A stretch of 64,000 bases of DNA from assembly GCA_963805855.1 (NCBI GenBank), contig CAWDVW010000007.1, positions 32,001 to 96,000 on the forward strand, written 5' to 3'. This document shows positions 40,511 to 49,347 of this stretch, piece after piece (the first letter of the stretch is position 1; the number at the start of each line of letters is the position of its first letter). A program made the translations under genes and the position numbers. The notes beneath the pieces were generated by a model. It ran no database searches and was not told where the DNA came from. It saw only the letters and a list, made by a program, of their open reading frames with translations. The DNA is from Candidatus Dadabacteria bacterium (GTDB taxonomy: Bacteria > Desulfobacterota_D > UBA1144 > Nemesobacterales > CSP1-2).

Positions 40511-41264
40511 GGTTTTTGGTTATATCTTTGGTTAGGTTTTCAAGAAATTCATTGTCTGTAAGGTCTAATTTTATGGGCGTAACCGAGACAAAGCCCTCGC
40601 TAACTGCGACGAGATCAGAGTCCTCAATGCTTAAAAAACGGAGTTCATTCCCACCTATCCAGTAATACTTTCTTCCCCTTGGATCGATTTTCTCAACTAT
40701 TGGTTCTCCATATACACGCTTGCCCTGCTTAGTTACCCTGATTCCCTTAATGTTATCTTTGGGGAGATTGGGAACGTTTACATTCAGGAGTGTTCCAACC
40801 GGTAGGCCGTTCAGGATGACATATTTTGTCAATAAGTGGGCATAATAGGAGGCGGTGTCAAAGAGAAAATTTTGTTTGCTCGTCAGGGATATTGCTATTG
40901 ATGGAATTCCAAGAAGCGTTCCCTCCATGGCAGCGCTGACGGTACCTGAATATGTTATGTCGTCTCCAAGATTTTCCCCTTTGTTTATTCCGGAGACTAT
41001 TATGTTGGGCTTGTTTTCTTTAAGTAGACCGTTAATAGCGACATTAATGCAATCTGTCGGAGTTCCATCGACGCTGTATATATTCGCGCTGATCTCATCT
41101 ATTCTGAGTGGGCGATGTAGGGACAGCGCGTGACTTGCCGCGCTCTGTTCTCGATCGGGGGCAACAACGAAAATCTCTCCTAGCGCTTTAAGGCTATCGG
41201 CGAGTACATGGAGGCCTTCGGAGTTAATCCCGTCGTCATTAGATATAAGAATCCTTACTGACAT
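40497..41264 (-). CDS. surE: 5'/3'-nucleotidase SurE
   Basis: ISNDDG, GTPTDC, SGINKGENLG, YSGTVSAAMEG; ATG at 41264. Confidence 0.96.
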   Translation of the reverse strand: MSVRILISNDDGINSEGLHVLADSLKALGEIFVVAPDREQSAASHALSLHRPLRIDEISANIYSVDGTPTDCINVAINGLLKENKPNIIVSGINKGENLGDDITYSGTVSAAMEGTLLGIPSIAISLTSKQNFLFDTASYYAHLLTKYVILNGLPVGTLLNVNVPNLPKDNIKGIRVTKQGKRVYGEPIVEKIDPRGRKYYWIGGNELRFLSIEDSDLVAVSEGFVSVTPIKLDLTDNEFLENLTKDITKNLAHA

Positions 41265-41309
41265 ATAACTGTTTAGCCACAAATAAACGGCGACGTGCAA
41301 AAGTAAAAT

Positions 41310-41399
41310 GATGCACGATACATGATACATGATACACGATTTAAGGAAACAGATTTTATGCTGAATCCTGCATCATGCATCCTGCATACTGTATCATGC
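41310..41399. repeat. Heptamer-periodic inverted repeat, copy E
   Basis: GATGCAC GATACAT GATACAT GATACAC GAT, spacer, ATCCTGC ATCATGC ATCCTGC ATACTGT ATCATGC. Confidence 0.8.
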
Positions 41400-41459
41400 T
41401 TCTATATTCGTATTCTTGTTTCTTAATTTCGGGTGGACAGGTATCTTGATTTTGATGAA

Positions 41460-41535
41460 TGGTCGGGGTGACTGGATTCGAACCAGCGACCCCCGGCCCC
41501 CCAGGCCGGTGCGCTACCAACTACGCTACACCCCG
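41460..41535 (-). tRNA. tRNA-Pro (anticodon GGG)
   Basis: Minus strand CGGGGTGTAGCGTAGTTGGTAGCGCA-CCGGC-CT-GGG-GG-GCCGG...GGTTCGAATCC...CCCCGACCA. Confidence 0.95.
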
Positions 41536-41580
41536 ATTCGATTGATTTAATCTGATGGTTAGAAATGAACCCCGGGTGAA

Positions 41581-41925
41581 TTATTCAGTGATTCGCTTGA
41601 TTGATTTTAACTCACTCAGGACTTCATGTAATAAAACGTTTACTTTTGTGCTTACTTTCTTTTGATTTTCCTCTTCTTTTAACTTTTTCTTAGCTCCTGC
41701 AATCGTAAAATTCTGCTCATAAAGCATGTGCTTTATTTTCATGATCAGGTGAATTGTCTCCCTGTCATAGAGCCTTTGGGATTTTCTTCTTATAGGTTTA
41801 ATGTCAGGAAACTCGCTTTCCCAGTAGCGAAGAACATAAGGCTTGATTCTGGTGAAATCACTAACTTCACCTATTCTGAAGTAGATTTTGTCGGGAAGTA
41901 CAATTTCAGCCCTGTCGTCTAACAT
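41581..41925 (-). CDS. MerR-family transcriptional regulator
   Basis: KIYFRIGEVS, VLRYWESEF, FTIAGAKK; merR/tRNA-Pro/surE synteny. Confidence 0.9.
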   Translation of the reverse strand: MLDDRAEIVLPDKIYFRIGEVSDFTRIKPYVLRYWESEFPDIKPIRRKSQRLYDRETIHLIMKIKHMLYEQNFTIAGAKKKLKEEENQKKVSTKVNVLLHEVLSELKSIKRITE

Positions 41926-41988
41926 ACTTAACAAATTAGTTTAAAGTTTCTAAAATGTCAAGATGATTTAAAAATATATATAAAATTT

Positions 41989-42591
41989 CTAAACTTGCAA
42001 AACTCCCTTAAAGGTTTTTCTATGGATCGGGGAGGGGCCGAATTTTCTTATTGCTTCGAGGTGTTCCTTCGTTGGATAACCTTTGTGTCGTTTGAAGTTA
42101 TATTGCGGATATAGTAAGTGGTAATCTCCCATGATTGCATCCCGGGTAACCTTAGCGAGGATTGAGGCAGCGGCAATTGAGCAGCATTTGGCGTCACCCT
42201 TTATGATTGTTTCCTGTCGAATCTGGATTCGAATGGGGTTGTTCCCGTCGATCAATATATAATCGGGCTGAGTATTCAACTTCTCAACTGCTTGCTTCAT
42301 TGCTAATAATGATGCTCGAAGTATATTAATTTGATCGATTATCTCCGGTTTTATGATGGCGATAGCGGTAGTTAGGGCAAATTTCTCGATTTCACAAAAG
42401 AGTTCCTCTCTTCTTTTGGGGGAAAGCTTCTTTGAATCTTTGATGCCATCCAGACTGCACCCTCGAGGAAAGATTACAGCCGCGGCTACTACCGGTCCCG
42501 CAAGCGGACCTCTTCCAGCTTCATCAACCCCGGCCGGGAGTTTACCACTCATCCATAGTCTTTTTTCAAAAGAATAGTCTGGAAGACTCAA
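41989..42591 (-). CDS. rnhB: Ribonuclease HII
   Basis: GVDEAGRGPLAGPV, DSKKL, SIAAASILAKVTRD, HKGYPT. Confidence 0.96.
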   Translation of the reverse strand: MSLPDYSFEKRLWMSGKLPAGVDEAGRGPLAGPVVAAAVIFPRGCSLDGIKDSKKLSPKRREELFCEIEKFALTTAIAIIKPEIIDQINILRASLLAMKQAVEKLNTQPDYILIDGNNPIRIQIRQETIIKGDAKCCSIAAASILAKVTRDAIMGDYHLLYPQYNFKRHKGYPTKEHLEAIRKFGPSPIHRKTFKGVLQV

Positions 42592-42723
42592 TGTTCTTAA
42601 ATAGTCTTTTAGGAGATATTTTTACTCACCCCATCCAATCCTTCCCCCTAAAATGGGGTAGGATCAAGGTGGGGGTTACATTATTTCTCTCAATCCTCAT
42701 ATTTTATCAGTCAAACTTATCTC

Positions 42724-43599
42724 TCAAATCAATCCATACTCTTTTATTGCGGCCCTAAGGCGCTTCAAATTCCCGGGTGACATCGGCGAGAGCGGTAGCC
42801 TAAATTCATTGTTGATTTTTCCCATTAGACCCAGTCCTGTCTTAACAGGGATCGGATTGGTTTCAAGGAACATAGCCTCGTTTAGCGGATGTAGCTTATA
42901 ATGATATTCCCTTGATTGATTGAACTTCTCATCGACGAATGTGTTGTAAAGCTCGGAAACATCCCTTGGGGCAATGTTTGCAGTAACGGTTATAAAACCT
43001 TTTGCGCCAATGGCTAGAAGTGGGAAATTAAGGGAATCTTCACCAGAGAGCACGATGAAATCCAATCCACAAAGGTAGAGGATCTTACTTGCCTGTTGGA
43101 TTGAACCCGAGGCCTCCTTCACTCCAACGATGTTTTTATGATTCCTTGCTAGCCTGGCAATGGTATCTGGGTTCATGTTCACCCCAGACCTTCCAGGTAT
43201 ATTGTAGAGGATTAGAGGGATATTTACCTCAGATGCTATTTTCTTAAAGTGTAGAAAAAGCCCCTCCTGAGTTGGTTTATTGTAATATGGAACAACTAAT
43301 AGGGCTGCGTCGGCTCCAACCTTCTCAGAAAATTTTGTAAGCCTGATCGCCTCTTCAGTACTGTTGGATCCGGTACCCGCTATGACGGGTATCCTCTTTT
43401 TTACCGTTTTGACTGTTAGTTCAATAACATGTTCGTGTTCTTCATGAGAAAGGGTAGGGGATTCACCGGTCGTACCGCATGGAACGATGCCGTGTGTCCC
43501 GTTTTCGATCTGGAATTCGATCAGTTCTCTCAGGGCCTTTTCGTCTACAGCTCCATCCTTAAAGGGGGTAACTATCGCAACGATCGAACCATGAATCAC
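42724..43599 (-). CDS. dapA: 4-hydroxy-tetrahydrodipicolinate synthase
   Basis: GTTGESPTL, PYYNKP, YNIPGR, GVKEASG, ETNPIPVK. Confidence 0.96.
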   Translation of the reverse strand: MIHGSIVAIVTPFKDGAVDEKALRELIEFQIENGTHGIVPCGTTGESPTLSHEEHEHVIELTVKTVKKRIPVIAGTGSNSTEEAIRLTKFSEKVGADAALLVVPYYNKPTQEGLFLHFKKIASEVNIPLILYNIPGRSGVNMNPDTIARLARNHKNIVGVKEASGSIQQASKILYLCGLDFIVLSGEDSLNFPLLAIGAKGFITVTANIAPRDVSELYNTFVDEKFNQSREYHYKLHPLNEAMFLETNPIPVKTGLGLMGKINNEFRLPLSPMSPGNLKRLRAAIKEYGLI

Positions 43600-43789
43600 T
43601 TATAATGCCTCCAAATCCAATTGCTCTGTCTTCATTATATTAGAGATGAATTGGAAATCAAGAAATATATCATATGGGCTTGACGAGCAAGTTCCCGTTA
43701 GCTTACTACAAGGTTGCCATTACCGTTGCTTGGCCCCTTTTGGGTAGGTCACGAGTCCCTTCGGCCTTGCTCAGGACAGGTGTGCGGAT

Positions 43790-43934
43790 GGGGGTCAGGC
43801 TTTGTTTATTCGATTATTTCTTATCAAGTTCTTATATCTTGCGCCTCATTTGTTCTTGTAATCCCACGTCTTATTCAATCTCCTCTTAATTTAACTAACT
43901 CCGATATTAATCAAATAAACAAAGCCTGACCCCC
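43790..43934. mobile_element. 145-bp non-autonomous derivative of the GGGTCAGG-ended HUH element
   Basis: GGGGGTCAGGCTTTGTTTATT...AATAAACAAAGCCTGACCCCC; interior colinear with 47771-47888. Confidence 0.75.
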
Positions 43935-43939
43935 ATAAT

Positions 43940-44506
43940 TTACGTTTTCAGCGATGTTCCACATTCGGGACAAAAGTTGCTTTTCCTTGGGATCTTGCTC
44001 CCGCAATTAGGGCAATGCATGGTGTCCTTTTCCGTGGAGAGCTGAGATTTATCCTTATTTCTTTCCAGAGCCTCATTCACCTTCTTGCCAATGTCCTCAC
44101 AGTGTTTTGTGACTTCGCTGACAAATTCAATTCTATCCTCTTTTCCCGGGCTGACAATAGTAATACGGGGATCCAGTTTTTCCATTTCGTAAAGGGTTCT
44201 GCTGACTTCGTCAAGTGCTATATCTCGGAACAGCTTGAATGATGATGAATTTCTTAGTATGAGAATTCTCTGATCTGTGAGTATAAACCAGGAGTTAAAG
44301 TACGTGTTGCTGTCAATCCATTGTGGCGCCTTGTAAATTGCCCTGTAATTTCTTAAAGTGAGCAGTATCTCCTCGCCAGGTGATAGATAACTCGATAGAC
44401 TACCGTTCAATTCCGGGGGCAGTTCGGTGAAGTTTTTCGATTCCAGCTTATTTATTAACCCTTGAATAGATTCAATAAGCGGGGTTATAAATGGGATTTT
44501 AGACAT
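43940..44506 (-). CDS. Hypothetical protein with a bacterial PH-like domain and C-terminal zinc ribbon
   Basis: YLSPGEEI, ILTDQRILI; CPNCG...FCPECG; overlaps the asd stop. Confidence 0.75.
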   Translation of the reverse strand: MSKIPFITPLIESIQGLINKLESKNFTELPPELNGSLSSYLSPGEEILLTLRNYRAIYKAPQWIDSNTYFNSWFILTDQRILILRNSSSFKLFRDIALDEVSRTLYEMEKLDPRITIVSPGKEDRIEFVSEVTKHCEDIGKKVNEALERNKDKSQLSTEKDTMHCPNCGSKIPRKSNFCPECGTSLKT

Positions 44507-45521
44507 ATTTGCTTATCAGGACTTCTGCTATTTGAACTGCATTTAGGGCTGCCCCTTTCCTTAACTGATCTCCGACTACCCATAGGCTGATTCCTGAGGG
44601 AACCGTGTAGTCTTCTCTTATCCGGCCGACCAGGCATTCATCCTTGCCCGCCGCTTCGATTGGCATCGGGTATCTGAGGTTCTGGGGTTCATCCACTACC
44701 CTGACACCCGGGAAATTTTTGAGGGCGTTTTTTGCTTCACCTACGGAGACTTTTCTCTCAGTCTCTATATTCAGTGCAACAGAATGGGCGCGAAAGACAG
44801 GTACCCTCACGGTCGTGGCAGTTAACTGCATTGAGTCGTCCTCCAGGATTTTCCTCGTTTCATTGTGGAGTTTCATCTCCTCTTTCGTATATCCGTTTTC
44901 TAAGAACGTGTCTATGTGTGGCAGGAGATTAAAGGCAATTTGATGGGGAAAGACCCTTGAATCAAATGACTTTCCTTCCATTATAGCCTTTGTTTGGATA
45001 CGTAATTCCTCCATGGCCTGCGCCCCGGCGCCGGATACGGCCTGATAAGAGGCAGCGACCACTCTTTTTATTTTAGCAATATCATGTATGGGTTTCAGAG
45101 CCATAATCGCGACTGCAGTAGTGCAATTTGGGTTGGCAATTATTCCTCTTTTAGTATAATCGGCGATTCTATTAGGATTTATCTCGGGGATTATAAGAGG
45201 AACATCCTCCTCCATACGGAAGGCTGAGCTATTGTCAATCACAACTGCTCCTGCTTGAACGGCAATCTGAGCAAACTCCCGGCTTCTTGACGCACCTGCG
45301 GAAAAAAGCGCAATGTCAATGTCCTTAAAGGAGGTTTTATCCAGTTTGGACACCTGAAATTTGCTGCCAGCGAATTCGATTTCCTTCCCATGGGATCTTT
45401 CGGATGCGAGTGCTTTAAGCTCCCCGATAGGGAAATTTCTTTCCTGGAGGATTGAGATCATTTCCTGCCCGACCGCCCCCGTAGCCCCGACGACTGCAAC
45501 GTTATAACTTTCTTTTTTCAT
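44499..45521 (-). CDS. asd: Aspartate-semialdehyde dehydrogenase
   Basis: VGATGAVG, IDNSSAFRM, ANPNCTT, YQAVSGAG, LRKGAALNAVQIAE. Confidence 0.96.
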   Translation of the reverse strand: MKKESYNVAVVGATGAVGQEMISILQERNFPIGELKALASERSHGKEIEFAGSKFQVSKLDKTSFKDIDIALFSAGASRSREFAQIAVQAGAVVIDNSSAFRMEEDVPLIIPEINPNRIADYTKRGIIANPNCTTAVAIMALKPIHDIAKIKRVVAASYQAVSGAGAQAMEELRIQTKAIMEGKSFDSRVFPHQIAFNLLPHIDTFLENGYTKEEMKLHNETRKILEDDSMQLTATTVRVPVFRAHSVALNIETERKVSVGEAKNALKNFPGVRVVDEPQNLRYPMPIEAAGKDECLVGRIREDYTVPSGISLWVVGDQLRKGAALNAVQIAEVLISKYV

Positions 45522-45622
45522 ACTCACTCCCAATAAATTGCAAAACCGCCTCAGTATTTTAATTAAAAATGTACAGGTAGCCAAGTTTGGAGGCGCTATA
45601 GGGGTCTGGCGATTCAAAACAA

Positions 45623-45945
45623 CCGCTCACACTGAGTTCATCGAAGTGTGGGACATCTTCTATTAAGAGTTACAACATAAACCCGTTAACACTGATCATG
45701 TCGACGTGTGAAAACATATCCTGTAGGAAGTTCTAAATAAACCCGATCATACTAAGCCCTGAGCCTGCCCTGGGTTCATCGATGGGCCCGTCCTGAGTAC
45801 TTCGGCCCTGCTCAGTAAAGGTTTATCGAAGGATCGTGCGCCGCTTCTAAGGATCTAATTTGTAGAGACGCAAAATTTTGCGTCTCTACCACACAGCCCG
45901 ACAGTTGTTGATCTCACTCCCGCGCCATGCGCTTGTCGAAGGGTC
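45623..45945. repeat. Mixed REP cluster: roughly 60-bp tandem units, CTGAG/TCGAAG REPs and a GTAG REP at 45862-45889
   Basis: CACACTGAGTTCATCGAAGTGTG at 45628; ATAAACCCG leader recurs near 45677 and 45737; perfect GTAGAGACGCAAAATTTTGCGTCTCTAC. Confidence 0.7.
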
Positions 45946-46020
45946 AAACTAAAGGTTTTTGTTGATAACTCACCCTACCTATTTTATACTTTAGAACGTT
46001 TCATTTGTTTCCTATGTCTT

Positions 46021-47142
46021 TTGAGAGAGGATAGAGGAATAGAGATTGTAATAGAGTATTTTAGAAAGAAATCCAGCGTATTCATATTGGGCCTGGGATT
46101 TGTTTGTACTGTTACTGGGGATTATCGATTACTTAACAGGTCCCTGGCTTTCTTTCTCAATTTTCTATTTAATTCCCATCGCGATGGTCACCTGGTTCGT
46201 CAACAGACGGGCCGGGATTCTAATATCATTGATCGGCGCTATTGCCTGGCTTATAGCTGATTTGATTTCTGATGTGGACTACTCGAGTCTTGCCATTCCT
46301 TATTGGAATGCTGCCGTGAGATTAGGCTTCTTCCTCATTGTCGTTTTTTTTATATCCGCATTAAGAGAATGTGAAGGGACATTTAGAAAAAAAGGTAGTA
46401 GAGCGAACCGCTACACTTGAGGCAGAGATCACCGAGCGCAAACGAGTGGAGGGGGACCTAAAAGTTTCACGTGAACAGTTACGCGCACTTGCTGCCCGTC
46501 TAGAACACATGCGGGAAGAGGAAGGAAAACGAATTGCCCGCGAGGTTCACGATAACTTGGGGCAGGCTTTGACCGTGTTAAATATGAATCTTTTCGAGCT
46601 GGACAGCGAAATATCTGAATTGGGCAATGAAACTCGACGAGATCTGCTTCTGAATAAGATTCGATCGATGTCTAATCTTATTGACACGACCGTACATCAG
46701 GTACGTCAGATTGCGACAGAATTACGACCGAGAATGTTAGATGACCTGGGTCTTACAGCAGCCATGGAGTGGCAGGCTCGTGATTTTCAAGAACGAACGG
46801 GAATTCAGTGCAAGTTCGTCTCAGACGACATAAATTTGGACCAGGAGTGCTCTACGGGATTATTCCGCATCTTTCAGGAAATTATGACTAATGTAGCTCG
46901 TCATGCCAAAGCCACGAGAGTCAGCATAAGATTGAAGGAGGATACTGATAAGATTATACTGGAAGTGGAAGATAATGGCAGTGGAATTACGGAAGAGGAG
47001 ATTTCTAACCCCCGATCTCTTGGGCTACTCGGAATGAGAAGAGCGCGCCCTGCTTTTCGAAGGAAATATTAACATTAGCGGTGGTCAAGGAAGAGGGACG
47101 ACAGTCACAGTAAATGTTGCTGTTAAGAGGAAAGAACAATGA
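46021..47142 (+). pseudogene. Membrane sensor histidine kinase (HisKA_3/NarX-UhpB type) broken by three frameshifts
   Basis: Fragments join into TM sensor, RIAREVHDNLGQ, QEIMTNVARHA, EDNGSG, GLLGMR-ER; the last frame ends in ATGA overlapping the regulator start. Confidence 0.8.
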
Positions 47143-47768
47143 TCAAAATTCTTATCGCGGATGATCACCCGATTGTGCGGAGTGGCCTGAAACAAATGTT
47201 GATTAAGGAACCCGGTCTGGTGGTAGAGGGCGAGGCAGAGAGTGCTCGCGAGCTTATCGCGCTTGTTCGCAAACAGGCCTGGGATGTAGTGGTTTTAGAC
47301 ATAAACCTGCCCGACAGAGTCGGAATGGATGTCTTAATACAATTGAAGAAGGAATTTCCGAGGCTGCCTGTGCTTATCTTGAGTGTGCAGCCTGAGGAGC
47401 AATATGCGGTGCGAGCCCTCAAATCGGGTGCGGCTGGATGTTTGGACAAACATAGCGCGCCAGTGGAGTTGGTAAAAGCGATAAGAAAAGCCGTTTCGGG
47501 GGGAAAATACATCAGTTCTTCTCTGGCGGAGAGGTTAGCTCTTGATTTGGAAAGTGGTGAGAGGCCGCCACACGAAATTCTGTCGGGTAGAGAGTTTGCG
47601 GTGATGTGTATGATTGCGTCAGGTAAGAGGTTAAATGAGATTGCCGAGAAACTATTTATCAGTCCAAAGACAGTGACCACATTTAGGACGCGGATCTTGG
47701 AGAAAATGGGAATGAAGACGAATGCAGATTTAACTCATTACGTGATAAAAAATAAGCTGGTGGATTAA
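47139..47768 (+). CDS. NarL/UvrY(GacA)-type response regulator
   Basis: ADDHPIVRSG, LDINLP, LuxR HTH LSGRE...IAEKLFISPKTV. Confidence 0.92.
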   Translation: MIKILIADDHPIVRSGLKQMLIKEPGLVVEGEAESARELIALVRKQAWDVVVLDINLPDRVGMDVLIQLKKEFPRLPVLILSVQPEEQYAVRALKSGAAGCLDKHSAPVELVKAIRKAVSGGKYISSSLAERLALDLESGERPPHEILSGREFAVMCMIASGKRLNEIAEKLFISPKTVTTFRTRILEKMGMKTNADLTHYVIKNKLVD

Positions 47769-47771
47769 CCG

Positions 47772-48795
47772 GGGTCAGCCTTTGTTTATTTGCTTATTTG
47801 TTTCTGAAGCTCTTTTGTGATGCTACTGATTTGTTCTCGTAAACCCGGGTTTTTTTTCATCTCTTCCCTAATCCGACTAACTCCGATGCTCAGGGTTGAT
47901 GGATTTCTTCTCACGATTCTCCCATAGCGCTCAAAGTCCCGTCCGCATACTTCGATACCAAAAACCCTATAATACTTCTAACTCTCGACAATTTCCTTTG
48001 CCTACTGAATGAAGTCAACTCTTCTATAGTAACTCTCCATTTTTTGCATACTGAATTTATTATATCTTCCATCCTGTATCTCCTCTCCTCCTTCTTATTG
48101 GTCTTTCTAACACCTCTTCTATAAATTTATCGTTTCCCAGTAATCTTCCCTCTGCTGACCCATGGTGGAACTCCCTTCTGTACTCCTCGTTCAATCCCTC
48201 CAAGACAAATTTCTTATATCGTCTTTGTGCTGTGCTTTCTCCCTTTGAATATTGTGAAAGAACATATTCCACGGTTAGCCAACTTTTACGAGTTATCCCT
48301 AAATAACATTGGTGCCCACTCCATTTATAGTCCTGTGGGTTTCTTGCTACTCCGGCTCTTACGGGATTTAGATGAATGTATCTCACTAATTCATGTAGGT
48401 AATTTTCAGCATCTACCAGAATTGCTTTATATCTTCCTTGAAATAAATGGCCTTTTCTTGACAGCTTTTTATTTATGTAGCTCGCATGGCGAAAAGATAG
48501 GTTCTGTATTAATTTTGAAAGAGGTACCTCAGACACCTGAATCAGCATGTGAACATGATTGCTCATCCAGCAATAGGCATGGATTCTATGTTTAAATCGA
48601 TCTGTTCCATCCTGAACTAGGGTTTCCAAGTGCTCTCGATCTTGATCTGAAAAAAAGATATCTTGACCATCGTTGCCTCGGAGAATTACATGATAAAATC
48701 CACCCGGTATGTGAATTCTGGGTTTCCTGGCCATACAAGATAAAGTATAAGGCCAATTACGATAAACAAATAAGCAAATAAACAAAGCCTGACCC
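47772..48795. mobile_element. HUH/RAYT-type transposase element bounded by 32-bp inverted repeats
   Basis: 47772-47803 matches the reverse complement of 48764-48795 at 31 of 32 positions and encloses only the transposase gene. Confidence 0.8.
47786..48734 (-). pseudogene. Y1/RAYT-type transposase with a C-terminal DnaA-domain-IV-like HTH; two apparent frameshifts
   Basis: MARKPR, YHVILRGN, HUH MSNHVH, GHLFQGRY, RYIHLNPVRAG; shifted frames continue EDIINSVCKKW...RQRKLSRVR...RNPSTLS to a stop at 47786. Confidence 0.8.
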
Positions 48796-48805
48796 GCCTT
48801 TTTTG

Positions 48806-48843
48806 TGTAGGGGGACCCCTACAAAAAATTCAGGTTTTCCTGA
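48806..48843. promoter_or_regulatory. Paired palindromes, putative NarL/GacA-family regulator sites
   Basis: TGTAGG-N6-CCTACA (48806-48823) then TCAGG-N4-CCTGA (48830-48843), upstream of the receiver gene. Confidence 0.5.
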
Positions 48844-48884
48844 TTGTAATCGAAAGTCTTAACCCATACTATTTACAATAGCTA

Positions 48885-49281
48885 ATGGAATTTATGAGAA
48901 TATTTATTGCAGATGATTCATCAGTTGTGCGCGAGAGGTTAACAGCCATGCTTTCTAATCTTGAAGAGATTGAGACGATAGGCCAGGCACAAGACGTTGA
49001 CGAAGCGATCAGCTCCATCGAAGAGCTGAAACCTGATGCTGTGATATTGGATATTCAGATGCCCGGTGGGACTGGGATTGACGTAATGAAAGCGTATCAA
49101 AAAAGAGCAACCGGCTACTGTCGTTATCGTACTGACCAACTATCCCTTTTCTCAATACCGTGACGAATGCATCGCGGAGGGAGCGGATTACTTTTTTGAT
49201 AAGTCCCTTGAATTTGAAAAGGCTATAGAGGTATGCAAGGGATTGGTAAGAAATGGTACGTATGGTTTTAACCAGCAGTAA
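48885..49281 (+). pseudogene. Single-domain response regulator receiver with one frameshift
   Basis: IADDSSVVRE, ILDIQMPGGTG; removing one A near 49088-49090 continues KRIKKEQPATVVIVLTNY...ADYFFDKS to TAA at 49281. Confidence 0.8.
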
Positions 49282-49347
49282 TAGTTTTGTTTATTAAGAT
49301 TTAGGTGGACTTAAAATATAGAATACATAATTAAGGAGAATAGGAAA

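Noticed and set aside
41265-41330. N-terminal extensions of surE (and of ORFs starting at 29978, 31836, 45617, 48785, 38015)
   Set aside because: Extensions run through repeats, intergenic DNA or neighbouring genes; downstream ATGs match family N-termini.
45615-45760. About 60-bp periodic units as a mini-CRISPR
   Set aside because: Whole units are degenerate copies of each other with no unique spacers; they match the dispersed REP subfamily.
46021-47142. Programmed frameshifting in the kinase
   Set aside because: Three separate shifts without canonical slippery sites, plus more in neighbouring genes; error or decay is simpler.
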